DNA of 64,000 nucleotides from an uncultured Gammaproteobacteria bacterium (GCA_963795975.1 CAWCJT010000009.1:161409-225408), one strand, 5' to 3'. Positions 18,280-28,403 are shown, counted from the first letter of the stretch. Notes: a model not told the origin generated them from the letters alone. Made by a program: numbers and translations.

Positions 18280-19383
18280 ATGGAAATATACCGTGTCCTG
18301 GCTCTTCTGTGCGTGGCGGCTGCGGCCAGCGCGGCGGAGCAGCGCTCCTACGGACCGGAGCTACAGGGCTTCGAATACCCGTTCCCGGTCCGAGGCTACA
18401 ACTTCAAGTCCGAATCCCAGCAATTCGCCATGGCATACATGGACGTCGCGCCCGAGCACGCGAACGGCCGCACGGCAGTCCTGCTGCACGGCGCCGCGTT
18501 TTGCGGCGCGAGCTGGCAGATGACGATCGTGCGGCTGCGTGCTGCCGGCTTTCGGGTGGTGGTCCCGGATCAGATCGGTACGTGCAAGTCGTCCAAACCC
18601 GTCAACTATCAATACAGTCTGCAGCAGCTCGCGGCGAACACGCGCACGCTGCTCAACGCGCTGAGTGTCGGCAAGGTCACTCTGATCGGTCATTCGATCG
18701 CGGGTGCGCTCGCCATGCGTCACGCAATGATGTACCCGGAGGAGCTCGAGCGTCTCGTGCTCGTCGACCCGCTTGGATTCGAGGATTGGAAGGCCGAGGG
18801 CGCGCCGTATCATTCGATCGATGAGCGCTATGCGGCCAACATGCGCCTGAACGCCGAGCGCATCAAGCAGTACGAGCTCGATACGTATTATGGAGGCCGC
18901 TGGAAGCCCGAATACGACCGCTGGGTCGAGATGCTCGCCGGGCAGTATGCGGGAACCGGGCGCGAGCGCTTTGCCTGGAACCAGGCCCTGATCGCAGACA
19001 TGCTGTATACCCAGCCGGTGATCTATGAGCTCGAGCGCATCAAGGCGCCGACGCTCATCATCGTGGGTGGCCATGATCGAGCGGTGCCCTTCACCGAGCC
19101 GCCGCCGGGCGATATCGCCGCACATCTGGGCAACAATCTCGAGCTGGCGCGTGGCGCGGTGAGGCGCATCCCGAATGCGAAGCTCGTCGAGTTCGCAGAT
19201 CTCGGGCATGTGCCGCAGATCGAGGCGCCCGAGCGTTTCAATGACGCGCTGGTGCAGTGGTTGACACAGACTTCTGCGCCAGTGCCTGGGTCGGCAGCGC
19301 CCGCGAGCGCGCCACCGACGCACAAACCTTCCCCGCGGCCATCGAATCCCCAGCCGCCGAGCGCAACGGAGCCGAATCGCTAG
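18280..19383 (+). CDS. secreted alpha/beta-fold hydrolase with Pro/Ser-rich C-terminal tail
   Basis: It has a signal peptide (MEIYRVLALLCVAAAASAAE), an oxyanion region VLLHGAAF, a nucleophile elbow GHSIAG and a distal HVPQIEAPE histidine motif. Confidence 0.8.
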   Translation: MEIYRVLALLCVAAAASAAEQRSYGPELQGFEYPFPVRGYNFKSESQQFAMAYMDVAPEHANGRTAVLLHGAAFCGASWQMTIVRLRAAGFRVVVPDQIGTCKSSKPVNYQYSLQQLAANTRTLLNALSVGKVTLIGHSIAGALAMRHAMMYPEELERLVLVDPLGFEDWKAEGAPYHSIDERYAANMRLNAERIKQYELDTYYGGRWKPEYDRWVEMLAGQYAGTGRERFAWNQALIADMLYTQPVIYELERIKAPTLIIVGGHDRAVPFTEPPPGDIAAHLGNNLELARGAVRRIPNAKLVEFADLGHVPQIEAPERFNDALVQWLTQTSAPVPGSAAPASAPPTHKPSPRPSNPQPPSATEPNR

Positions 19384-20471
19384 GCGCGTCGAGCGCTGGT
19401 GATTCCTGAAGCTTCCTCGAGCGCCGTTTCGGTAACGCCGAGGCGCTGCTGCAGCACAGGACTCGTGGTCGTGTACTGCAGGTGCACTTTTTCGCCCGGG
19501 CGCAGATGCTCTCGCACCGCGAAGGCTGCGAGTGCGGTCTCGTGGAACCCCGACAGAATCAGCTTTTTCTTGCCCGCATAGTCATTGATGTCGCCGACCG
19601 CGAAGATCCCTGGCACGCTCGTCTGAAAGCGCGCCGTGTCAACGGCGACCGTGCGACGGTTGAGCGCAAGTCCCCAGTTCGCGATGGGGCCGAGCTTCGG
19701 ATGCAAGCCCCAGAAGACCAGCAGATGATCGAGCGTCACGCTGCGGGTCACACCGTCTCGCGACAGCACTCTGACCGCCTGCAGCCGGCCGTCCTGCTCG
19801 ACCAGAGACTGTACCTGTCCTTCGATGAAATCGAGCGCGCCCTCATCGCGCAACGCCAGCATCCGCTCGACGGAAGCCGGGGCGGCGCGAAATTCCGCGC
19901 GCCGGTGTACGAGGACGACACTGCGCGCCTTCGCCGCCAGCTCGAGCGTCCAGTCGAGCGCGGAGTCGCCGCCGCCGAGTATCACGATGTCGCGGTCGGC
20001 GAAGAGCGCGGCATCCTTGACTCGATAGTGCAGCGCGATGCCCTCGTGCCGGGTCGCGGACTCGAGGGACAGTCTTCGGGGTTGGAAGGAGCCGACACCG
20101 CCTGCGATGATCACGGCGCCCGCATCAAAGCGCAGGCCGCGGCTCGTTGCGACATCGAAGCGCCCGTCGGCGCGTGCGTGCACCTCGGTCACCTCCTGAG
20201 CCAGGTGGAACCCGGCGCCGAAGGGGCGAATCTGTTCGGCCAGGCGCTCGATCAGCTCGCGTCCCGTGCACACCGGCACCGCCGGAATGTCATAGATCGG
20301 CTTGTCCGGATACAGCTCAATGCACTGCCCGCCGATCTGTGGCAGCGAGTCGATGATCTCGGCTCTCAGGCCGAGCAAGCCGAGCTCGAACACCTGGAAC
20401 AGTCCGACGGGTCCGGCCCCGACGATGACGGCATCAGTGACCGTGGCAAGTTTGGAACGCTCAAGCGACAA
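19380..20471 (-). CDS. ferredoxin-NADP+ reductase, thioredoxin-reductase-like (type 2)
   Basis: DAVIVGAGPVGLF (FAD-binding GxGxxG), IVILGGGDSALDW (NADPH-binding) and GIFAVGDINDYAGKKKLILSGFHE are present. The proposed TTG start at 20471 is preceded by GGAGAG. The ORF track extends upstream to 20753. Confidence 0.8.
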   Translation of the reverse strand: MSLERSKLATVTDAVIVGAGPVGLFQVFELGLLGLRAEIIDSLPQIGGQCIELYPDKPIYDIPAVPVCTGRELIERLAEQIRPFGAGFHLAQEVTEVHARADGRFDVATSRGLRFDAGAVIIAGGVGSFQPRRLSLESATRHEGIALHYRVKDAALFADRDIVILGGGDSALDWTLELAAKARSVVLVHRRAEFRAAPASVERMLALRDEGALDFIEGQVQSLVEQDGRLQAVRVLSRDGVTRSVTLDHLLVFWGLHPKLGPIANWGLALNRRTVAVDTARFQTSVPGIFAVGDINDYAGKKKLILSGFHETALAAFAVREHLRPGEKVHLQYTTTSPVLQQRLGVTETALEEASGITSARRA

Positions 20472-21493
20472 GGATTCTCTCCAGTGCGATGCGCTCGATC
20501 TCGTGGGCCGGTCCGGCAAACGAGGCCAGGCCCTTCTGCTCGAGCCATTCGCGGTTGAACAGACGCGATTGATATTTGGCGCCGCCGTCACACAGTACGG
20601 TGACCACGGTATGTCCCGGACCGAGCGCGCGCGCGACCCGCACCGCCGCCGCGACGTTGATGCCGCTCGTACTGCCGAGGAGCAGTCCCTCCTCGCGCAG
20701 CAGTCGATAGACGAAGCGCACCGTCTCACCGTCCTCGACGTGCACGGCGTCATCGAGCGGCGCTCCCTCGAGATTGGCGGTCACACGTCCGATGCCGATG
20801 CCTTCGGTGATGGAGCCGGAACCCGTGGCCTTAAGAGCACCGTGCTGCACGTACTCGTAAAGGCTGCTACCGGGGGGATCGGCCAGCACGCAGCGCACGC
20901 TGCGGCGCTGTGATTTCAGATACTCGGAAACGCCCGCAAGCGTGCCGCCCGTGCCGCTCGAGGTGACGAAGGCATCCAGCTTGCCAGCCGTCTGCGCCCA
21001 GATCTCGGGGCCGGTCGTCTGCGAGGTGCGCACGGCGGTTCGCGGTGTTGTCGAACTGATTCGACCAGATGGCACCGCTCAAGGAGGCGGCCAGCCGCGC
21101 TGCGACCTTCTGATACTGATTGGGGTTGCTGTAGGGAACCGTTGGGACTTTATAGACCTCAGCACCGAGCATCTCGAGGAGCCGGTATTTCTCGGGCGAT
21201 TGGTTATCCGGCATCACGATGATGCAGCGGTAGCCGCGCGCATTGCAGACATGCGCAAGTCCGATGCCCGTGTTGCCAGCGGTGCCCTCGACCACGATCC
21301 CTCCGGGACGCAACTCCCCGCGCTGCTCCGCGTCCGCCACGATGGCGCAGGCCGCCCGGTCCTTCACCGACCCGCCGGGATTCATGAACTCGGCTTTGCC
21401 GAGGATCTCGCAGCGCGTTTCCTCGCTCACGCCTCGAAGGCGGATGAGCGGAGTGTTGCCGACGCTGCCAACGAAGCCCTGTTGAATGATCAT
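20461..21493 (-). pseudogene. cysteine synthase / PLP-dependent CysK-CysM-CBS family enzyme, one frameshift as sequenced
   Basis: The N-terminal part (GNTPLIRL...AEFMNPGGSVKDRAA...VVEGTAGNTGIGLA) is in ORF 20867..21577. The C-terminal part (TTGPEIWAQTAGKLDAFVTSSGTGGTLAGV...GSTSGINVAAA) is in ORF 20461..21075. The frame changes near 21025-21033. Confidence 0.8.
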
Positions 21494-21503
21494 GCGCAAG
21501 TCC

Positions 21504-22919
21504 TCAGGCGACCCCACGCAGCGCGCCTGCGAGCGCGACGAGCGTTTCGCTGGCTTGGGCCTCGGCGACGACGTCACCGACGATCAGCACTGCGGGCGCG
21601 ACAATGTGCTCGGCGCGTGCGACTTGAGCGATCTCGCACAGCGCGGCACGCCGGAGGCGCTGCTGCGGCAGCGTCGCATGCTCGATGAGTGCGGCGGGGC
21701 GTGTGGGCGGCGCGCCGGCCGCAAGCAGTCCGCTGACGATGGTCTCAAGCTGCGAGACGGCCATGTAGAACACGACCGTGTGCCGCGGACGCGCGAGCGC
21801 TTGCCAGTCAAGCGCATCCTGCGCGGCGAGATGTCCTGCGGCGAACGTGACCGACTGTGCGATGTCGCGCCGGGTCAGTGCCAGGCCCGTGCTTGCAGCG
21901 GCGCCGAGGGCTGCCGTGATCCCCGGCACGACGGTCACGGGAATGGCGTGACGCGCGAGCGCCTGGATCTCTTCACCGCCGCGACCAAAGATCATCGGAT
22001 CGCCGCCCTTGAGGCGTGCGACGCGCCGCCCGCGCTGGGCATGCTCGATCAGGAGTCGATGAATCTCTTCCTGGTCGGCGCGCGGCCCGCGTGCTTGCTT
22101 GCCCACGAAAATGCGCTCGGCTTCACGTCGTGCCCGATCGAGAATGGCAGGTGAGACCAGCCGATCGTAGAGAATGACATCGGCCTGCTGCAGCAGCTGC
22201 AGGCCGCGCAGCGTCAGCAGATCCGGATCCCCAGGTCCGGCTCCAATCAAATACACCTCGCCGCGCAGGCCGCGCTCGCCCGTGCGCCATGCCGCAAGCT
22301 CACGGGTGAACTCTGACTCCGCAGTTGCCTCATCACCTTCGAGCACCCGCGCCGCGGTGGCGCTGCCGAAAAAGCGCTCCCAGAAATGCCGACGCTCGCC
22401 CGCTCGAAGCGTGCCCTGTACGCGAGCACGGCGCTGTCCCGCAAAGCGGGCGAGGTCACCGAGACGCGCGGGCAGCAGGCTCTCAAGCTGCTCGCGCAAT
22501 CGCCGCGCAAGTACCGGGGCACTGCCTTGCGTGCCGACCGCGACGAGCACCGGTGCTCGATCGACGATCGCAGGCAGAATGAAGCTCGAGAGCTCGAGAT
22601 TGTCGACCACGTTCACGGGGATGTTGCGCGCTTGCGCCGCGGCTGCGACGGCCGCGTTCGTCGCCTCGCAGTCCGTCGCGGCGATCACCAGGGTCATGCC
22701 CTCGAGGTGCCCGGGTTCGAACGCGGCGCGAACGTGCCGGACGCGCTCGGGCGAACGCTCCATCACTTCGCGCGCGGGTCGGTGCAGCTCCGGCGCAACC
22801 AGGGTGATCTCGGCGCCGCATCGCAGAAGGAGCTCCGCCTTGCGCGCCGCAACGGCGCCGCCGCCGACGATGAGCGCCGGCCGGCTCTGCACCCGAAGAA
22901 AGATCGGCAAATGCTCCAT
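21504..22919 (-). CDS. cysG: siroheme synthase (uroporphyrinogen-III C-methyltransferase / precorrin-2 dehydrogenase / ferrochelatase)
   Basis: It has the N-terminus MEHLPIFLRVQSRPALIVGGGAVAARKAELLL and the C-terminal methylase block VYLIGAGPGDPDLLTLRGLQLLQQADVILYD...RLKGGDPMIFGRGGEE. The frame is intact. Confidence 0.9.
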   Translation of the reverse strand: MEHLPIFLRVQSRPALIVGGGAVAARKAELLLRCGAEITLVAPELHRPAREVMERSPERVRHVRAAFEPGHLEGMTLVIAATDCEATNAAVAAAAQARNIPVNVVDNLELSSFILPAIVDRAPVLVAVGTQGSAPVLARRLREQLESLLPARLGDLARFAGQRRARVQGTLRAGERRHFWERFFGSATAARVLEGDEATAESEFTRELAAWRTGERGLRGEVYLIGAGPGDPDLLTLRGLQLLQQADVILYDRLVSPAILDRARREAERIFVGKQARGPRADQEEIHRLLIEHAQRGRRVARLKGGDPMIFGRGGEEIQALARHAIPVTVVPGITAALGAAASTGLALTRRDIAQSVTFAAGHLAAQDALDWQALARPRHTVVFYMAVSQLETIVSGLLAAGAPPTRPAALIEHATLPQQRLRRAALCEIAQVARAEHIVAPAVLIVGDVVAEAQASETLVALAGALRGVA

Positions 22920-22943
22920 GAAGCGACTCGGTGCCCAAAACCT

Positions 22944-23663
22944 CTAAGCGAGCGCCATCGCGGGGCGTTGCCGCGGATGCAGGCCGCACTCACGTGATTC
23001 CGCGCTCTCCCACCACCAGCGGCCGGCGCGCTGGCTCTCGCCGGGCAGCACGGCACGGGTGCAGGGCGCGCAGCCTATGCTCGGAAAGTCCCGATCATGC
23101 AACGCGTTGTAGGGCACCTTGCGAGCACGGATGTAGCTCCAGACCTGCTCTTCGGTCCACTCGAGGAGCGGACTCAGTTTGAACAGGCCGTGCTGCGCAT
23201 CCCATTCTACCGGAACGCTCTGCGCACGCGATTGCGACTGCTCGCGCCGCACGCCCGTCACCCAGGCGCGATAGCCGGCGGTGATCTGGCGGAAAGGCAC
23301 GACCTTGCGGACGTTGCAACACGCCTCGCGCGCCTTTGCGCTCTGAAAGAAGCCGTTGATGCCATGGCGCGCGACAAGATCGCTCAGAGCGCCGGCGTCG
23401 GGATAGATGACGCGAATGCGGTTGCCGTACCGATGCTGCAGCTTCTCGAGCAGTGCATGGGTTTCCTCGTGCAGACGGCCGGTGTCGATCGTGACGATGT
23501 CGACCTCGGGAACGTGCGTGCACAGGATGTCGGTCAGCACCATCGCCTCGGCACCCAGGCTGTTGGCGTAGACCACCCGTTCATGCTCGCGCACGGCTGT
23601 GCTCAGCAGCTCGCGGATGGCGGCCGCTCGGGTTTCGAGCTCGGTGGCGTGAATCTGGCCCAT
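22944..23663 (-). CDS. cysH: phosphoadenosine/adenosine phosphosulfate reductase
   Basis: VVYANSLGAEAMVLTD, CCNVRKVVPF and the C-terminal Cys-pair region SIGCAPCT...ECGLH are present. ATG is at 23663. Confidence 0.88.
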   Translation of the reverse strand: MGQIHATELETRAAAIRELLSTAVREHERVVYANSLGAEAMVLTDILCTHVPEVDIVTIDTGRLHEETHALLEKLQHRYGNRIRVIYPDAGALSDLVARHGINGFFQSAKAREACCNVRKVVPFRQITAGYRAWVTGVRREQSQSRAQSVPVEWDAQHGLFKLSPLLEWTEEQVWSYIRARKVPYNALHDRDFPSIGCAPCTRAVLPGESQRAGRWWWESAESRECGLHPRQRPAMALA

Positions 23664-23810
23664 GATGCTTATGAGCCACTGTATCGGTGACAATGTGGTA
23701 ACAGAACGAATCATTCATTCTGAGGTTCTGCATCGCGGTTATGTCGGCATAGCATAGGCATGCAGGCTCGAGCGTGGCGCTCGAGACACTACTTGCGGGG
23801 AGTCTCGCGG

Positions 23811-24785
23811 ATGAAGTTGCATCAACTGCGCTATCTGGCGGCCGTGGCGCAGAGCGGTCTGAACATCACCGCGGCCGCGCAGAAGCTGCATACCTCACAG
23901 CCGGGCGTCAGCAAGCAGATCAAGCTGCTCGAGGACGAGCTCGGCTTTCAGATCTTTACCCGCGAGGGGCGCAACCTCACGCGAATTACCCCCGTCGGGC
24001 AGCAGGTGATCGACCGCGCGTTGAGGATCCTCCAGGAGACGCAGGCCATCCGGGATCTCGCGACGGAGCTGCGCGATGAGGGTCGAGGCAGTCTCTCGAT
24101 CGGCACCACCCACACACAGGCCCGATATGTCCTGCCGCAGGTGATCCACGACTTCCGCACGCGCTACCCGCACGTGCGGCTCAATCTGCACCAGGGCACC
24201 TCCGAGCAGATTGCGGAGATGGTGGCGCACGATCAGATCGATTTCGCCATCGCGACAGGCTCGGATCACCTGTTCGAGGATCTCACCCTGCTGCCATGCT
24301 ACCGGTGGCATCGAGTCATCGTGGTGCCGCGCGAGCACCCGCTCGCCACCGTGCAGCGCCCGACGCTCAAGGTGCTGGCCGGCTACCCGATCGTCACGTA
24401 CACCTTCAGCTTCAGCGGCCCCTCATCACTGCAGCAGGCGTTTGCCAAGGCCGGACTCACGCCCGATGTGGCAATCACCGCGCGCGACGCCGACGTGATC
24501 AAGACCTATGTCCGGCTGGGGCTCGGCGTCGGTATCGTTGCCGAAATGGCGGTCGATGCCGGCGAGGATGCCGATCTCATCGCCATCGACGCTTCGCACC
24601 TGTTCGCCGGCCACGTCACCTGGATCGGCTTTCGGCGCGGCGTGCTGCTGCGGCGGTACATGTACGATTTCATGCAGCGGCTGGCACCACACCTCGACCG
24701 GCGCCTCATCGATCGGGCCCACCGCATGGGTAGCGCAGCGGAGGTGGCTCAATTGTTCGAGGAGATCGTCCTGCCGGAGCGCTGA
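23811..24785 (+). CDS. cysB: LysR-family transcriptional regulator of the CysB/Cbl type
   Basis: MKLHQLRYLAAVAQSGLNITAAAQKLHTSQPGVSKQIKLLEDELGFQIFTREGR is closely CysB-like. The gene is embedded in the sulfate-assimilation cluster and divergent from cysH. Confidence 0.8.
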   Translation: MKLHQLRYLAAVAQSGLNITAAAQKLHTSQPGVSKQIKLLEDELGFQIFTREGRNLTRITPVGQQVIDRALRILQETQAIRDLATELRDEGRGSLSIGTTHTQARYVLPQVIHDFRTRYPHVRLNLHQGTSEQIAEMVAHDQIDFAIATGSDHLFEDLTLLPCYRWHRVIVVPREHPLATVQRPTLKVLAGYPIVTYTFSFSGPSSLQQAFAKAGLTPDVAITARDADVIKTYVRLGLGVGIVAEMAVDAGEDADLIAIDASHLFAGHVTWIGFRRGVLLRRYMYDFMQRLAPHLDRRLIDRAHRMGSAAEVAQLFEEIVLPER

Positions 24786-25306
24786 GCACGAAAGCGCTGC
24801 GCGGTGATCGAAAGATCCGCGATACCCGGCGTGTAGGCGACCGTGAATCTCGACAAAGCCGCGATCGCGGCAGCGGGGTCCTCATTCGGCGCAAGCTCGA
24901 ACGAATCAAATCCCGAGCGCGCCATGAAGAAGATCTGATCACACTTCACCGCGCCGGTCGCGCGCACCTCGCCGGCGAAGCCGTAGCGCTCACGCAGCTG
25001 CCGCGCGAAGCTGTAGCCGCGTCCATCCCCGGCGTTCGGAAACTGAAACGCGATGAGCGCGAGGCGCTCGAGCTCAGGGACGAGCTCCTCGACCCGTGCG
25101 GCGGCCTCGACTCGCACACCCAGGCGTCCGGCCCAGCCTCGCCAGGTCTCGGGACCGCTCAGGAGCTGCGCGGCCGGAATAATGAGCGATGCAGTCGCGC
25201 CGGCCCCGCCCGCGCTCGCCAGCAAGCCGTCGGGGCCTGCGGGCAGCTCTTCCAGGTAGTGCCACTCGTCCCCGACGAGCTCACGCCGCCGCAAGATCTG
25301 GCGCAT
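24749..25306 (-). CDS. DUF934 domain protein (sulfite-reductase-associated)
   Basis: ...IAFQFPNAGDGRGYSFARQLRERYGFAGEVRATG...DQIFFMARSGFDSFEL is the conserved DUF934 core. It lies immediately downstream of cysI, overlapping it by 26 nt. Confidence 0.75.
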   Translation of the reverse strand: MRQILRRRELVGDEWHYLEELPAGPDGLLASAGGAGATASLIIPAAQLLSGPETWRGWAGRLGVRVEAAARVEELVPELERLALIAFQFPNAGDGRGYSFARQLRERYGFAGEVRATGAVKCDQIFFMARSGFDSFELAPNEDPAAAIAALSRFTVAYTPGIADLSITAQRFRAQRSGRTISSNN

Positions 25307-26939
25307 ACGCGCGCTCCTTGAAGGGTGCGACGCCGATGCGGCGGAACGTGTCGATGAAGCGTTCGTCCTCGATGCGACGGGCGCGGTAGACATCAAGAAC
25401 GCGCCCGATGGTATCTGCGACCTCGGACTGCGAGACCGACGGTCCGATGACCTGACCGAGTGCGCTGGATCCGCGGGCCGAGCCGCCGAGGGTGATCTGG
25501 TACCACTCCTCACCGTGCTTATCGACCCCGAGAATGCCGATGTGGCCCACGTGATGATGTCCGCACGCGTTCATGCAACCGGACATTTTGATCTCGAGCT
25601 CGCCGATGTCGTAGAGGAAGTCGAAAGTCATCGAAGCGTTGCTGAATCTGCTTCGCCACGTTGATCGTGCCAGCGTTCGCGAGCCCGCAGAAATCAAGTC
25701 CCGGGCAGGCAATCATGTCGGTGAGCGTGCCGATGTTGGGCGTTGCCAGATTCAAACGCCGCAGCTCCTGCCAGACCTCGAAGAGATCGATCTGGCGCAC
25801 ATCGGCGAGCAGCAGATTCTGGTTGTGCGTCGTGCGTACCAAGCCAAAGCTCGCGCGGTCGGCGAGATCTGCCACCGCTTCCATCTGCTCCGAGCTGATA
25901 TCGCCCGGGGGCGTGCCGTGCGCCTTGAGGGAAATGAAGACCGCGCGGTAGCCCGGGATCTTGTGGGGCACCGTGTTGTAGCGATACCAGGCGCGGAACT
26001 GCGCGTCCCGGCCGGACGCTGCGTCCACATCGCTCAACCGCTCGTAGGGCGGCGGGTCGAAGAACGAGCGCATGTGCTCGATCTGCTCGCGCGTCAGCTG
26101 CGGCGCGTATGCGCGCGTCGCGAGCCAGTCAGCCTCCACCTCGGCGCGGAACGTGGCGATGCCCAGCGACTTCACGAGCACCTTGATGCGTGCCTTGTGG
26201 ATGTTGTCGCGGCGCCCGTAGCGGTTGTAGACCCGCAGGATGGACTCGAGATAGCCGAGCAGCTCCAGCTCGGGAAGGAATTCACGCACGACCTGGCCGA
26301 TCGCGGGTGCGCGCCCGAGGCCGCCGCCGACCAGCACTTCGAATCCCAGATCGCCCGTCGGCGTCGCGCCGGATATGCAGGCCCACGTCGTGCACCTCGG
26401 AGGCGGCACGGTCGGTCGGGGAGCCGGTGACGGCGATCTTGAATTTGCGCGGCAGATAGCGAGAACTCCGGATGCAGCGTCGACCACTGCCGGATGATTT
26501 CGCAGTAGGGTCGCGGGTCCTGCAATTCATCTGCGGCGACTCCGGCGAGGTGATCCGCGGTCACGTTGCGGATGCAGTTGCCGCTCGTCTGAATCGAGTG
26601 CATTTCGACGGTTGCCAGGTGTGCGAGGATGTCGGGCACATCCTCGAGCTTGGGCCAGTTGAGCTGGATGTTCTGGCGGGTCGTGAAGTGGCCGTAGGCG
26701 CGGTCATAGCGACGCGCCACCTGAGCCAGCATGCGCAGCTGGTCGGTGCTCAGCAGCCCGTACGGTACGGCGATGCGCAGCATCGGCGCATGGCGCTGGA
26801 TGTACAGTCCGTTGCGCAGGCGCAGGGGTCGGAACTCGTCTTCCGAGAGCTTGCCCGCGAGGAAACGCTGCGTCTGGTCGCGAAACTCCGCAACCCGCTC
26901 ATCGACGAGCGTCTGGTCGATACGGTCGTACCGGTACAT
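25281..26939 (-). pseudogene. cysI: assimilatory sulfite reductase hemoprotein (siroheme/4Fe-4S, CysI/Sir type), three frameshifts as sequenced
   Basis: MYRYDRIDQ...RLRNGLYIQRHAPMLRIAVPYG...TTRQNIQLNW is in ORF 26172..26939. YLPRKFKIAVTG is in ORF 26282..26530. GFEVLVGGGLGR...ACPGLDFCGLA is in ORF 25519..26487. KMSGCMNACGHHHVGHIGILG is in ORF 25281..25712. The breaks are near 26460, 26355 and 25625. Confidence 0.85.
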
Positions 26940-27043
26940 CCTCCAGACTATAGGGCTGCGGCTCGTTTCCTCTAAATACCGGCTCGTTAGAGCTGCCCCA
27001 CCTTCGGTTATGATGGGTCCGGCACGGGATCTGGGGCGCGGGC

Positions 27044-27496
27044 ATGGCTGGCCTGTACTACGAACAGTTCACAGTCGGGCAGAGGTTCGACCACGCGGTG
27101 CGGCGTACCGTGACGGAAACCGACAATCTGCTCTTCAGCGCGCTCACGATGAACCCGGCGGCGCTGCACCTGGATGCCGAATACTGTAAAAGCACCCCCT
27201 TCGGCGAACGCATCGTCAACAGCGTTTTTACCCTGGGACTGCTGGTCGGGTTATCCGTGTATGACACGACATTGGGTACGACCCTCGGCAATCTCGGCTG
27301 GGAGAAGGTCACGTTTCCGCTTCCCGTTCGCATCGGGGATACCTTGCGCGCCGAGACGACCGTCACAGCCAAGCGTGAGAGCCGCTCGCGCACGGATTCA
27401 GGCATCGTTACCTTCGAGCACCGTGCCTTCAACCAGCGCAACGAGGAGGTGGCCTCGTGCCTGCGCGCGGCACTCATGCTGAAGACACCCGCTTGA
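27044..27496 (+). CDS. MaoC-family (R)-specific enoyl-CoA hydratase/dehydratase
   Basis: This is a 150-aa hot-dog fold protein: YEQFTVGQRF...TVTETDNLLFSALTMNPAALHLD...VNSVFTLGL. The frame is intact. Confidence 0.8.
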   Translation: MAGLYYEQFTVGQRFDHAVRRTVTETDNLLFSALTMNPAALHLDAEYCKSTPFGERIVNSVFTLGLLVGLSVYDTTLGTTLGNLGWEKVTFPLPVRIGDTLRAETTVTAKRESRSRTDSGIVTFEHRAFNQRNEEVASCLRAALMLKTPA

Positions 27497-28383
27497 CTCC
27501 CGCCCGGTCCTGGCTTTTCGTTCCCGGCGACAGTGAGCGCAAGCAACAGCGCGGGATCGAAAGCGCCGCGGACGCACTCATTCTTGATCTGGAAGACTCG
27601 GTCGCGCCGACACGGCGCTCGGGTGCGCGCCAGCTCATACGGACCTTGCTCGATGCCCGGCGTGAACGGCGTACGCCGCAGCTGTGGGTCCGCGTCAACG
27701 CACTCGGGAGCGGGCAGTTGCTCGAGGATCTGGTCGCCGTCGTGGGCGGCGCTCCGGATGGAATCGTCCTGCCGAAGATCTCCTCGGCGGGTGAGATCCT
27801 CGAGGTGCACCACTATCTGTCGGTGCTCGAGCGTCGCGAAGGGGTGGAATCCCACGCCGCGCGGCTGCTCGTCATCGCGACCGAAACGCCGCGTGCGCTC
27901 CTTGACATGAGCGGCTATGCGCAGCCACCGGCACGGCTCGCCGCTCTGACGTGGGGTGCGGAGGACTTGTCAGCGGCGCTCGGCGCCCGTGGTAGGACGG
28001 AGGAGGATGGATCACCGAGCTTGACCTTTGAGCTCGCGCGCTCGCTGTGCGTGATCGCAGCGGCCGCTGCGGGTATCCAGGCTGTGGACGGCGTGCACGC
28101 GCAGTTTCGCGATGCGGCCGGCCTGGAGCGCGAGCTCGCACGGGCTCGTCGCGACGGCTTCACCGGCAAGCTCGCCATCCATCCCGATCAGGTCGAGGCC
28201 ATCAACCAGGCGTTCACGCCGAGCGATGCCGAGCTCGAGCAGGCGCGGCGCATCGTCGCAGCGTTCGCGGCTTCGCCCGATGTGGGCGTCACCAGCGTCG
28301 ATGGGCGCATGATCGATCGGCCTCACCTCGTGCAGGCTCAAAGGCTGCTCGCGACCGCTGAACGGCTGCTGCGCCGAAACTGA
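27457..28383 (+). CDS. HpcH/HpaI aldolase - citrate lyase beta (CitE) family acyl-CoA lyase
   Basis: SWLFVPGDSERK...ADALILDLEDSV...VRVN...IATETPRAL...LTWGAEDLSAAL...KLAIHPDQV is the CitE/malyl-CoA-lyase pattern. The likely start is TTG 27493, overlapping the MaoC stop (TTGA). The ORF track start is GTG 27457. Confidence 0.8.
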   Translation: MPARGTHAEDTRLTPARSWLFVPGDSERKQQRGIESAADALILDLEDSVAPTRRSGARQLIRTLLDARRERRTPQLWVRVNALGSGQLLEDLVAVVGGAPDGIVLPKISSAGEILEVHHYLSVLERREGVESHAARLLVIATETPRALLDMSGYAQPPARLAALTWGAEDLSAALGARGRTEEDGSPSLTFELARSLCVIAAAAAGIQAVDGVHAQFRDAAGLERELARARRDGFTGKLAIHPDQVEAINQAFTPSDAELEQARRIVAAFAASPDVGVTSVDGRMIDRPHLVQAQRLLATAERLLRRN

Positions 28384-28403
28384 GCGGACGCTCACAAGCC
28401 GGC

